A DNA stretch of 63,697 nucleotides, the filler included. It is 6 parts of 6 records of this genome, joined end to end, with 100 filler letters (N's around TTAATTAATTAA, not from the genome) between each part and the next. Parts side by side here need not be neighbours in the genome. Positions count along the whole stretch, not along the records: positions 36,093 to 58,494 come from SRR31156797_24795; 5 more parts are not named here. One strand, written 5' to 3'. Every line of letters starts with the position of its first letter. Position 1 is the first letter of the stretch. The notes beneath the pieces were generated by a model, which ran no database searches, was not told where the DNA came from, and saw nothing but the letters and a program-made list of their open reading frames with translations. Positions 40,716 to 50,107 of the stretch are shown here, one piece after another. The position numbers were made by a program, and so were the translations under genes.

Positions 40716-41299
40716 AAAAAGACAGCCTTATCTATACGGTCGTATTTACATTTCTGACCGCTTTCTTCTTCGTTTTTTTCCTGTCTCTGGCCAACGGCGC
40801 GACGGAGGACCTTGTGCGCCGCAACCAGCGGGCGGCCCTGCAGTCCGCCGTATTGAATTCGGTGGGCCTGGATTTCTCCGATCCCTCGGAAAGCTATGAA
40901 AAGAGCTTCGACTCCCTTCCGGAATCGGGAACGATCATGAGGAGCAGGGTCGGCGGAAAGCCCGTCCTGATCTATTACTTCTCGGGAAGTGGATTATGGG
41001 GAACCATAACGGGGATACTGGCCGTAGACAACGACCTCAGCCGGATTGTCGGACTGGATATCATAAGCCATAACGAAACCCCCGGCCTGGGAGGCCGCAT
41101 AGACGAGTCCTGGTTCAAGGATCAGTTTCGGGGGGAACGGATTCCCTCCGAAGGCATACGGGTCCTGAAGGGAAGCGGCACGGGCGACGAAGATAGTGAC
41201 AACGGCATAGTCGACGCCGTCACCGGCGCCTCGTTAACGAGCAGTTCCATGCAAACCATAATCAACGAGGCCCTGGCGGCCCTGAAAGGAGATGCCTGA
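40712..41299 (+). CDS. NqrC/RnfG-family FMN-binding subunit
   Basis: GSGLWGTI, HNETPGLGGRI, DAVTGASLTS; single N-terminal TM. Confidence 0.9.
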   Translation: MKKDSLIYTVVFTFLTAFFFVFFLSLANGATEDLVRRNQRAALQSAVLNSVGLDFSDPSESYEKSFDSLPESGTIMRSRVGGKPVLIYYFSGSGLWGTITGILAVDNDLSRIVGLDIISHNETPGLGGRIDESWFKDQFRGERIPSEGIRVLKGSGTGDEDSDNGIVDAVTGASLTSSSMQTIINEALAALKGDA

Positions 41300-41910
41300 T
41301 GAATGAGAGCTCACCTGCGGCCATCCTCAAAGACAACGTATGGACCAACAACCCTGTTTTCATACAGATACTGGGAATATGTTCGACCCTGGCGGTTACG
41401 AACAACCTGACAAACACACTGATCATGACAGTGGCCCTTGTTTTCGTCTCCGCCCTGACCAACTTGACCGTTTCGCTGATGAAGTCCCTGATACCGAGAA
41501 AGGTGAGGATGATCGTACAGACACTGATTATAGCCTTTTACGTCATCATCGTGGATATCCTTCTGAGGGCCTATATGCCGGCGGTCAGCAAGTCGCTGGG
41601 TCCGTATGTGGGGCTGATCATCACCAACTGCATCATCATGGGCAGGGCGGAAGCCTTCGCCCAGGCCAACGGCCCGCTCCTCTCCTTCTGGGACGGCGTT
41701 ACATCGGGCCTCGGCTATATGTGGGTGCTGATGGTCATCGCCTTTATCCGCGAGCTTTTGGGATTCGGAACGCTTTTCGGCGTCCCGGTCCTGCCCGAAG
41801 GCTTCATGCCCTGGACCATTATGGTCATGGCGCCCAGCGCCTTCTTCCTGTTGGGCTCCTTCCTCTGGGTGGTGAAGTCGATAATGCTTAAAAAAGGAGA
41901 TCCCAAATGA
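41299..41910 (+). CDS. NqrD/RnfE-family subunit
   Basis: NNPVFIQILGICSTLAV, VGLIITNCIIMGRAEAFA, IRELLGFG, MAPSAFF. Confidence 0.92.
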   Translation: MNESSPAAILKDNVWTNNPVFIQILGICSTLAVTNNLTNTLIMTVALVFVSALTNLTVSLMKSLIPRKVRMIVQTLIIAFYVIIVDILLRAYMPAVSKSLGPYVGLIITNCIIMGRAEAFAQANGPLLSFWDGVTSGLGYMWVLMVIAFIRELLGFGTLFGVPVLPEGFMPWTIMVMAPSAFFLLGSFLWVVKSIMLKKGDPK

Positions 41911-42500
41911 CCCCGGACATAAACCCCTTTGTGCTACTCTTCGCATCCGTCTTCACCAGCAACATTCTTCTAGCCAATTTCCTGGGGATGTGCTCCTTCA
42001 TCTCCATTTCGAAGGACATAAAGTCTTCAAACGGACTGGGAATGGCGGTCACAGTGGTTCTGACGCTTACCTCCGTAATCAACTGGGCCATCCTGAACTA
42101 CCTGCTCATTCCCATGAACCTCCTGTATCTGCGCTACATCGTCTTCATCATCGTCATCGCCGCTACCGTGCAGATACTGGAGATGGTCATAGACCGCGTA
42201 TCGCCGGGACTGTATATGTCCCTGGGAATCTTCCTGCCCCTGATTACGGTGAACTGCGCGATCCTGGGGGTGGCCCTGTTCTTAGAGATCAGGCACTATG
42301 ATTTCCTCCAGTCCCTCTTCTACGGACTGGGATCGGGCCTCGGCTGGTGGCTGGCCATCATGGCCCTTGCGGCCATCCAGAAGAAGATTCAGCGTTCCCC
42401 CGTTCCGGCGGGACTGGAAGGCCCGGGCATCACGCTGATCACCATAGGTTTTATGGCCATGGCCTTCGTCGGCTTTTCCGGCATGCTGGCCGTGCAATAG
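41907..42500 (+). CDS. NqrE/RnfA-family subunit
   Basis: FLGMCSFI, GLGMAVT, LGIFLPLITVNCAILG, MAMAFVGFSG. Confidence 0.92.
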   Translation: MTPDINPFVLLFASVFTSNILLANFLGMCSFISISKDIKSSNGLGMAVTVVLTLTSVINWAILNYLLIPMNLLYLRYIVFIIVIAATVQILEMVIDRVSPGLYMSLGIFLPLITVNCAILGVALFLEIRHYDFLQSLFYGLGSGLGWWLAIMALAAIQKKIQRSPVPAGLEGPGITLITIGFMAMAFVGFSGMLAVQ

Positions 42501-42509
42501 GAGGTAGAG

Positions 42510-43622
42510 ATGAGTTTTCTGATAGCACCATTGACAATAGCCCTTGTTTCTGCCGTACTCGCCGCCCTGATCGCCCTGGTAGACGGCGTAGTCAACAACT
42601 ACGGCGAATGCGAGATCGATATCAACGAGGGGACGAAAAAACTGACCGTGAAGGGGGGCGACGCCCTCCTGGGCCTCCTCGCCTCGGAAGGGATCTTTCT
42701 GCCGTCCGCCTGCGGGGGCAGGGGAAGCTGCGGCGCCTGCAAATGCCAGATCGTGACGGATGTGGGTCCCCATCTTCCCACGGAGACGCCCTACCTGACA
42801 GACGATGAGATCGCTGAGGAGATCCACCTCTCCTGCCAGATCAAGGTAAAGAAAGATCTGGCCATCCGCATCCCCGACGAGCTGTTCAATGTCAAACAGT
42901 TCAAGGCCAAGGTCCTGAGCATCCGCGATCTGACCTATGACATCAAGGAGGTCCTTTTCGACCTGGGAGACGAGGATATCAGCTTCAAGGCGGGGATGTA
43001 CACCCAGCTTGTCATTCCTCCCTACGACAAGATAAAGGGGACGACCCAGAGAGCCTATTCCATGTCCTCCCGTCCCCTGGACAATAAGCGGATCGAGGTT
43101 CTCGTCCGGCTCGTTCCCGGCGGAATCGCGACAAGCTATGTCCACAATCATCTCAAAGAGGGACAGATGATGGAGCTCGTGGGGCCCTTCGGAGATTTCC
43201 GTCGCTCCGAAAGCGATGCGGCGATGATCTGCGTGGCCGGAGGGTCGGGGATGGCCCCCTTCAAGTCCATCATCCATGAGATGATTGACAACGGCATAAC
43301 CAACAGGGAGCTCTGGTACTTCTTCGGAGCCCGCTCCCTGAAGGACATGTTCTATATGGATGAGATGAGGGCCCTGGAGGCTGAGCACCCCTGGATCCAT
43401 TTCGTCCCCGCCCTGTCAGAGCCGGCACCGGAAGACGGATGGACGGGAGAGACGGGCCTTATCACGGATGTCCTGGACAGGTTCATAAAGGATAAGATAG
43501 GTCCTGAAACGGATATGGAAGGTTATCTCTGCGGAAGCCCGGGCATGATCGACGCCTGTAACAACGTAATGACGGCCAACGGTATCGCCCTGGAAAAAAT
43601 TTATTACGATAAATTTGCATGA
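42510..43622 (+). CDS. NqrF-like NAD(P)H:flavin oxidoreductase with [2Fe-2S] domain
   Basis: N-terminal TM, SACGGRGSCGAC..LSCQ, RAYSMSS, GPFG, AGGSGMAP, FGAR, LCGSPGM. Confidence 0.92.
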   Translation: MSFLIAPLTIALVSAVLAALIALVDGVVNNYGECEIDINEGTKKLTVKGGDALLGLLASEGIFLPSACGGRGSCGACKCQIVTDVGPHLPTETPYLTDDEIAEEIHLSCQIKVKKDLAIRIPDELFNVKQFKAKVLSIRDLTYDIKEVLFDLGDEDISFKAGMYTQLVIPPYDKIKGTTQRAYSMSSRPLDNKRIEVLVRLVPGGIATSYVHNHLKEGQMMELVGPFGDFRRSESDAAMICVAGGSGMAPFKSIIHEMIDNGITNRELWYFFGARSLKDMFYMDEMRALEAEHPWIHFVPALSEPAPEDGWTGETGLITDVLDRFIKDKIGPETDMEGYLCGSPGMIDACNNVMTANGIALEKIYYDKFA

Positions 43623-43637
43623 TGAGGAGGGAAAAGT

Positions 43638-44090
43638 ATGAAACTGACGCCTAATATGAGGAAAGCCCAGGAAAACATGGCCCCCGGAGTCATCACTGCG
43701 GACGGTTTCCTGGGAGAGGACAAACGCCCTCTTCAGGACATGATCGTCGAATCGGAAGAGCTGATGCGCCATCAGGGACTGGATATTGACAATGTCTTCC
43801 AGATGCTGAAGGATCTCATGGAAGAGGGGCGCAACGGACTGGGAGAGCCCATCACCGTAGACGGGAAGTGGATCGTGCAGACCACCGAGGCACGGGGCCA
43901 TCTGGCCTGTCCCTTCGAGGACGGCATCGAGCGGAAGATAACGACGACCATCCGGAACATAGAGAAGGGCGAATCTCTCATGGTGTCGGCCCTGTCTCTC
44001 CATCTGCTCAAAAAGCACCATTTCCTTGAGGGAAAGGGGGCTCCGTTCCGCCTGGAGCCCGCCATGATCAAGAGCGTTCTCGAACTCTAG
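43638..44090 (+). CDS. Hypothetical protein (150 aa) in the Nqr-like operon
   Basis: GAGGAGG RBS 15 bp after the nqrF-like stop; GFLG.D.R, RGHLACPFED, HLLKKHHF motifs. Confidence 0.8.
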   Translation: MKLTPNMRKAQENMAPGVITADGFLGEDKRPLQDMIVESEELMRHQGLDIDNVFQMLKDLMEEGRNGLGEPITVDGKWIVQTTEARGHLACPFEDGIERKITTTIRNIEKGESLMVSALSLHLLKKHHFLEGKGAPFRLEPAMIKSVLEL

Positions 44091-44112
44091 ACAGCAAAGC
44101 GAGGGAGACTTT

Positions 44113-44709
44113 ATGGAAGGAACTGTAGAAAACATCAATCCCCAGGACGAGATGAGACAGAAGGCCTGGTTCTATACCCTGGTACAGGGTGTGATTAGCG
44201 CGGCCATCGGCCTGATCCTCATTATCTTTCCCTCAATCGGAATGGTATTCATATCTGTGGTATTCGGCCTGGGCCTTCTCTGGATGGGCCTGACCCAGAT
44301 CATACTGGGATTCAAGCTCTCATCCTTTCGGGACCAGTGGGCTATCATCATCGCAAGGGGGACGGTTCTTCTGATATGCGGCATCATCGTTCTGATTTTC
44401 CCCATGAGCTTCGCCCGACTGGGAACGGGCATACCCCTCGTGCTGACCGGGCTTGTGCTTATGTTTTTCGGCATCCATGACCTCGTTTCCAGGGGGACTC
44501 CCGGCAGCGGACTCCCTCATGTCGTTTCCAATATCATCATGATCGTCACGGGAGCGCTTCTCTGTTTCGCTCCCGTCGCCTCTGCCATAGTGATCTTCCG
44601 CATCCTCGGATTCACGACCATCGCCGGGGGGATACTCAATATCAGCAGGGCGCTGTTGAACCGCCGCTGGTCATCCGTCCGTATGGAAAGCAGCGAATCT
44701 CAGGAGTGA
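44113..44709 (+). CDS. HdeD/DUF308-like membrane protein
   Basis: Six TM helices in repeated G..GL..I.FP pairs. Confidence 0.72.
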   Translation: MEGTVENINPQDEMRQKAWFYTLVQGVISAAIGLILIIFPSIGMVFISVVFGLGLLWMGLTQIILGFKLSSFRDQWAIIIARGTVLLICGIIVLIFPMSFARLGTGIPLVLTGLVLMFFGIHDLVSRGTPGSGLPHVVSNIIMIVTGALLCFAPVASAIVIFRILGFTTIAGGILNISRALLNRRWSSVRMESSESQE

Positions 44710-46820
44710 ATCTGCAGGGCCAGGAAGGTCTGGTCGTCATGCTGCTTGGCGTTCTCGGAAAAGTTGTTGATAAATCCGTCCACCTCCGGAATCAGTTCTT
44801 CGGGGGCTTTCCCCACGTTCCGCCCCAGGAAGCGAAGGAGCTCTGATACGGACAGCTCGTCCCCGTTTTCGCTCCGGGCTTCCGGCAGGCCGTCGGTGAA
44901 GAGGAAAAGATAGTCCCCTTCCTCAAGCCTGATCTGCTTATGTCCGAACTCACTGTTCTTATCCACGCCGATGGGCAGCCCGTCGGTGTCAAAGCTCCTG
45001 AAGCGGCTCTCCTTTTTCCTGTACAGATAGAGGGGATGGTGGGCCGCGTTGGAATAGGAGATCTCCTTCTTCTTCTCATCCAGGATAAACACGGCCATAG
45101 TAGCGTACTGATCCACGCCGATACGCCCGGATATATGATAGTTCAGCTCTTTCAGCAGGGCGTTGGCGCTTCGGTGACGGGAGCAGATCGTATGCAGTAT
45201 GGTCCGGATCATGATCATGAGCATGGAGGCGGGAACCCCTTTCCCCGCAACATCGCAAACCGTATAGAGGATTTTATCATCATTCAGTCTGATCGCGTCG
45301 AAGTAGTCGCCGCTGATCCCCCTGGCGGGCTTTGAGTGAATCTGAGCGCTGCCTGAATCAAATTCCGGCATGGTCGCCGGCAGGAGCCGCCTCTGAATGC
45401 TTGCCGCGATATCGACCTCCCTCTGGATCTCTCGGTTCTCCAGCAGGCCCTGGTACTTATACAGGTTGTCGATGGCCTGCGCCGTATAGTCGGCGTATGA
45501 CTTCATAAACGTGTAGTCCAGATCGGAGAAGATCTTGTCTCTTTCGGACATGCAAAAAACCAGCATTCCAAGCAAGCGCTTGCCCACGATCATCGGAAGG
45601 GCCATGAACGACGAGATGAAGAGCCATTCGTAGCTGTCCGCATTATCGGGAAGCTCCTTGCTACTGATATTGTCTTTGATAAAGAGGCTCTCCCCGTTTA
45701 CAACGGGACCGAGAACCTTTGTCTCCGGGTTGATAGGATGGGTTTCAAAGTAATTCTCCACATTGGACCTGACCCGCGAGATCTCCTTGCTCAGGGAGAA
45801 GGGAGGAGGGCAGAAGCCGTTCCGCTTAGCCAGGGTCAGCTCCCTGGTCTCGTTGTCTACCAGAAAGAGAAGTCCCGCGTCCGCTCCCAGGGAGTCCATA
45901 CCCAGCTCGACAACCGTCTCTTCGAAGCTCTGCAGGTCGGTATCCGAACTGACGGCGTTGCCGATATCCTGAAGCAGGAATTTCAGGGAATTCAGACGTT
46001 CGGAAAGGCCTGTGGAGAAGAAATGATAGTCGTGGACCAGCTCGTCGAACTCATCCCTGAACTGGGCATCCGCATCATACTCCAGATTGCCCTCTGCCAT
46101 CAGGGCGACCTGCTCTCCCGTTTCATTGATCCTGCGGACCATGGTCCTCGAGAAGCGGGACGATATGACCAGGGATGCCAGAAGGATCAGGACGATGGCC
46201 GTGAACACGATGATGAAGCTCTGATTGATATAGTCGTTCACTTCCTTTTCCGAATCCTCGCTAAGGTTCTTCATGCTTTCGAGATAGTCGATCATAAAGC
46301 GGTTGATATCCGTCTGCAGAGCGGCTATCCGGTCCATCTGTTCTACCACCGCATTGCTTCCGAACCTTTTCTGGTTCAGATAGAAGCTGTAGAGCCCCTG
46401 GTAGTCGCCCTCAAGGGAAGCCTCATCGCTGACGAAGCGGTTGATCTCGAGGACCATGGGATCAAGAGTCTCCTCATGAAAACTGTTCCACTGCTTGGCC
46501 CTTGTGTTCAGCAGGCTTCTGTATACGCGCCCGAGTCTTCTCGGGTCTTTCGAGTCCATAACGACTCTCATGGTCTCCTCAAGCTCGATCATATCGTTCA
46601 GCCAGTACTGGCAGATGATCCTGGGATGGCTCTGCTGGGAGAAAAGCATAAGATTCCTGTCCGAGAAGCGGGCGAGTGATTCGTTCAGCTCAACGCAGTT
46701 CAGCTGGAATTCCTTCAGCCTGTATACCGAATTGAATCTGAAAAAGAGAAGCCCCGACGAGAGCATGAGCCCGACGATCAGGATAACGGTTGTCAATGTG
46801 ATTCGGCTCTGGATTTTCAC
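44700..46820 (-). CDS. Membrane sensor PP2C/SpoIIE (RsbU-like) phosphatase with HAMP and GAF
   Basis: 2 TM, HAMP (RDEF), GAF, AASIQRRLLP, SGDYFD, DVAGKG, FTDGLPE, DDQT. Confidence 0.9.
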   Translation of the reverse strand: MKIQSRITLTTVILIVGLMLSSGLLFFRFNSVYRLKEFQLNCVELNESLARFSDRNLMLFSQQSHPRIICQYWLNDMIELEETMRVVMDSKDPRRLGRVYRSLLNTRAKQWNSFHEETLDPMVLEINRFVSDEASLEGDYQGLYSFYLNQKRFGSNAVVEQMDRIAALQTDINRFMIDYLESMKNLSEDSEKEVNDYINQSFIIVFTAIVLILLASLVISSRFSRTMVRRINETGEQVALMAEGNLEYDADAQFRDEFDELVHDYHFFSTGLSERLNSLKFLLQDIGNAVSSDTDLQSFEETVVELGMDSLGADAGLLFLVDNETRELTLAKRNGFCPPPFSLSKEISRVRSNVENYFETHPINPETKVLGPVVNGESLFIKDNISSKELPDNADSYEWLFISSFMALPMIVGKRLLGMLVFCMSERDKIFSDLDYTFMKSYADYTAQAIDNLYKYQGLLENREIQREVDIAASIQRRLLPATMPEFDSGSAQIHSKPARGISGDYFDAIRLNDDKILYTVCDVAGKGVPASMLMIMIRTILHTICSRHRSANALLKELNYHISGRIGVDQYATMAVFILDEKKKEISYSNAAHHPLYLYRKKESRFRSFDTDGLPIGVDKNSEFGHKQIRLEEGDYLFLFTDGLPEARSENGDELSVSELLRFLGRNVGKAPEELIPEVDGFINNFSENAKQHDDQTFLALQIHS

Positions 46821-48877
46821 GATGCGGCTCCTTTGAACTTGGCGACGAAGAGGGTTCTGTCATCCCTCTGCTCCAGATGCCTTTCGAAATACTCGAGATC
46901 CCTGTTCACGGCGTCCTGAAGCCAGGAGGCATTCTTGTCGCTATGGTCCCTCAGGATCTTCTTCGCCGGTTCCCATCCGTAAGGCTTGCCCTCTTCGTTG
47001 GTGGTACTGTAGAATCCGTCGGTCATAAGAAGAAGGAAAACATCGCTTCGCAGAGATCCCTTTACGGTGATGTAGCGATGCAGGCTCTTCTGCCGTGCGG
47101 TGATCAGCTTCTGCATATCCGATGATCTGTCGTAAAGCAGCAGATTCTGGCCCTCGGTTCCGCAGAACTCGAAGCGCCTCTTGTCGCTGTCCATCAGGAG
47201 CAGGCTTATCTTCAAGGGGATATCAAGCCCCGTCGTTTCCCTGAAGTTGTCCATGATATTGTTCATCATCTCCGCCGGCTCCTGATTGGTGCTGACGAGG
47301 ATGCGCACCAGGGTTCTCAGGATAACAAGGAGCATGGAAGAGGCTATTCCCTTTTCCATTACCTCGGCGATACAGAGCAGCCAACGGTTCCGGCCCAGAG
47401 GGAAGAAGTCGTAAATATCCCCGCTTATCCCCTTGAGCGAGTAGGTCTTCACGGTCAGGTCGAAACCGCGGACGCGGGGCAGCCTGGGAGGCAGCAGGCT
47501 CTTCTGGATATCCGATGCGATCTCCATCTCCCTGTTCAGCCCCGACGACTGGAGGAGCTCGTTGTACTGGGTCAGGTTGTTCAGGGTTACCGCCGCGAAC
47601 TCGATGAAAGACTGAATGTTTCTGAAGTCCATATCCGTAAAGTGTTCGGATTTTCTGTTTTTCTCCAGGCAGAGTATGCCGACGACTTGCTTCTCCGAAA
47701 CGAGGGGAAGCAGAATACAGGAGCTGATGAAACGACCGACGGGGCTTCCTCCCGAAGGGATGAGGTTCTGACCCGCCGTGTCTTTCAGGAAGAGCGGCTC
47801 TCCCGACAGCACGGACATTCCCAGAACGGTTTTGCCGAAGGGAACCTCCTCTCCGTATTCATCCACATCATAGGGAGGGATGAATACGCCTCTATGATGG
47901 CTGCAGCGGAGGACCCTCGCCCCCTGGTCGGGGACATAGAACGCTCCGGAATCGGATCTGGTGTTTTCGATGGCCGCCTCCAGGATATTCCGCTCCATAC
48001 CTCCCTTCTCTGATTCATCGGTCAAAGACTGTCCCAGGTCATGCATCATGCCCCCGATGTTCTCCAGCTTCTGCCAGATCGTGGAGGTCAGGGCATTGAA
48101 GTTTCTGGCTATCAGGGCCATCTCGTCTTTTGAGTTCTCGTTGATACGGATCTGAAGATCGCCCGAGGAGATCTTCTCAATACCGTCGCGGACATGTTTG
48201 AGCCGGCCTATCATGTTGCGGAACATGAGCAGTATGATAAGAATGGACAAAAGGATCCCCAACAGCAGGGTGATTCCCGTCTGAATCATCAGTCTGCGGG
48301 TAAGGCTTTCGATCTCATCGATGATATCGTCGGCGATGGTGGTAAAGGCGTCCGAGAGAGGACTATGGCGAAGGATAAAGGATCGCACATCCATTTGGGC
48401 CTTTTTGATAGTGTAAAACGCCGGGTCATCCTGCCGGCCGGCGATCTCGAGCTCTCGCATCAGGTTCTCCGCGGTCGTGCCGGCCAACCGGGGTCTGATG
48501 GAGGTCAGAGGGCCGGCCACGGATTGGAAATAGCCTCTGAAATCGAGTCTCATATACATCTGCTCGATCACCTCGATTCTGTAGCTGGTCTTTCTTTTCA
48601 GATAGCGGAGATTGGGATCATACTTCAGCTCCCGGAGACTGGTCTCCACCTGCTGCCCCGCCCAGTCGAGAAGGTGGAGGGGGAGACTCTCCGAGTTCAA
48701 TACGGCCCGGTTGGCATACTCCAGTTCAAGGATGTTGTTACGGACCTTCGCGGCCTCCCTCTCCAGGTCCTTAAGGTCGAGGAGTATGAAGGCTGAGTAG
48801 ATAAAAACAGAAAAAACGATGACGAAGAGGGAGAATACGGCGGCGTTTATCAGAAAGAGTTTATTACGGATTTTCAT
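46817..48877 (-). CDS. Paralogous PP2C/SpoIIE sensor with a degenerate catalytic motif
   Basis: Same architecture; SGDIYD, AEVMEKG in place of DVxGKG, MTDGF, DDRT. Confidence 0.88.
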   Translation of the reverse strand: MKIRNKLFLINAAVFSLFVIVFSVFIYSAFILLDLKDLEREAAKVRNNILELEYANRAVLNSESLPLHLLDWAGQQVETSLRELKYDPNLRYLKRKTSYRIEVIEQMYMRLDFRGYFQSVAGPLTSIRPRLAGTTAENLMRELEIAGRQDDPAFYTIKKAQMDVRSFILRHSPLSDAFTTIADDIIDEIESLTRRLMIQTGITLLLGILLSILIILLMFRNMIGRLKHVRDGIEKISSGDLQIRINENSKDEMALIARNFNALTSTIWQKLENIGGMMHDLGQSLTDESEKGGMERNILEAAIENTRSDSGAFYVPDQGARVLRCSHHRGVFIPPYDVDEYGEEVPFGKTVLGMSVLSGEPLFLKDTAGQNLIPSGGSPVGRFISSCILLPLVSEKQVVGILCLEKNRKSEHFTDMDFRNIQSFIEFAAVTLNNLTQYNELLQSSGLNREMEIASDIQKSLLPPRLPRVRGFDLTVKTYSLKGISGDIYDFFPLGRNRWLLCIAEVMEKGIASSMLLVILRTLVRILVSTNQEPAEMMNNIMDNFRETTGLDIPLKISLLLMDSDKRRFEFCGTEGQNLLLYDRSSDMQKLITARQKSLHRYITVKGSLRSDVFLLLMTDGFYSTTNEEGKPYGWEPAKKILRDHSDKNASWLQDAVNRDLEYFERHLEQRDDRTLFVAKFKGAAS

Positions 48878-49020
48878 ACTTTATTTCTCTTCATTGTGAA
48901 TGCTTGAGTAGAGGACAGCATACCACATCTTACAATTCTTTAGCCAGTCATTTTTCTTCCGCCCATTTACTGCCATAGCCCTTTACTAAAGCCGGATGTA
49001 TCAGCATAATCAGGCCTGTT

Positions 49021-50052
49021 ATGAAAACCATCAACCGGGGACTGTTTTTTCTCAGTCTCATCCTACTGTCCTGTACGCCTCGATCCATGTCGGACCCCAT
49101 CAGCTCTTCGAGGATGCTGCTGGGAACGACCTGCGTCATCACCATATTCGATATGAAGGATCCCTCCGCCGCCGCAAGGGTGCTGAACGAAAGCTTCGCG
49201 CTTATCGACGATCTGGAGAAACGCGTCAGCGTCCATATGCCGGACAGCGAGATCTCCGTTCTGAATAGAGAGAGATCCGCCCGCTTGAGTCCGGACAGCC
49301 TGCTGATCCTAGACAAGGCCCTGGCGGTGGCCCGGGATTCGGAAGGCCGCTTCGATCCCACAGTGGGCAGACTGGTGAGCCTGTGGGACATTGGAGGAGA
49401 GAAGCCCAGAGTGCCCATGCAGAGCGAGATCGATTCGGTCCTGCCGGGCATCGACTACAAGGGCTTAATGAGAGAGGAAAACGGGGAGGGGGATAACGTG
49501 ACCATCCGCAATCCCGAGAGCCGTATCGACCTGGGGGGTATAGCCAAGGGACACGCCGCCGATCTGGTGTCGGAGCATCTCAAGTCCTCGGGAGTGGGCT
49601 CGGCCATAATCAACCTGGGAGGAAACGTTCAGCTCGTCGGTTCCAAACCGGACGGGTCGAAATGGAAAATAGGAATTCAGAAGCCCGACGACAGCCGGGG
49701 TGAGTTCATGGGCATTCTCAAAACCTCCGAGACGGCTGTCGTGACCTCTGGCATCTACGAACGCTTTTTTCTATGGGAGGGAACCAGGTACCATCATATC
49801 CTGGATACAGCCGACGGTTATCCGGTGGATAACGGACTGCAAAGCCTGACCGTCATCTGCGGCAGCGGGACGGAAGCCGACGGGCTTTCCACGGCTCTTT
49901 TCGCCATGGGCATGGAGAAGGCGGCCGCCTATGCGGAAAAGAGGGACGACCTTGATATCATTGCAGTGAACGCGGATAACCAGGTCTGGGTATCGTCCGG
50001 TCTCCGCGAGTCCTTCACTCTGACCGATAAGAACTACAGCCCTCTGTTCTAA
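49021..50052 (+). CDS. apbE: FAD:protein FMN transferase lipoprotein
   Basis: LLSC lipobox, FDPTVG, IDLGGIAKG, INLGGN, VTSGIYER, YHHILD, ADGLST. Confidence 0.94.
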   Translation: MKTINRGLFFLSLILLSCTPRSMSDPISSSRMLLGTTCVITIFDMKDPSAAARVLNESFALIDDLEKRVSVHMPDSEISVLNRERSARLSPDSLLILDKALAVARDSEGRFDPTVGRLVSLWDIGGEKPRVPMQSEIDSVLPGIDYKGLMREENGEGDNVTIRNPESRIDLGGIAKGHAADLVSEHLKSSGVGSAIINLGGNVQLVGSKPDGSKWKIGIQKPDDSRGEFMGILKTSETAVVTSGIYERFFLWEGTRYHHILDTADGYPVDNGLQSLTVICGSGTEADGLSTALFAMGMEKAAAYAEKRDDLDIIAVNADNQVWVSSGLRESFTLTDKNYSPLF

Positions 50053-50107
50053 GCCCTCGTAAAGCGTTCAGCCCCTGGCTCGCCCGGCCCCGAACGCCCT
50101 CCCTTCC

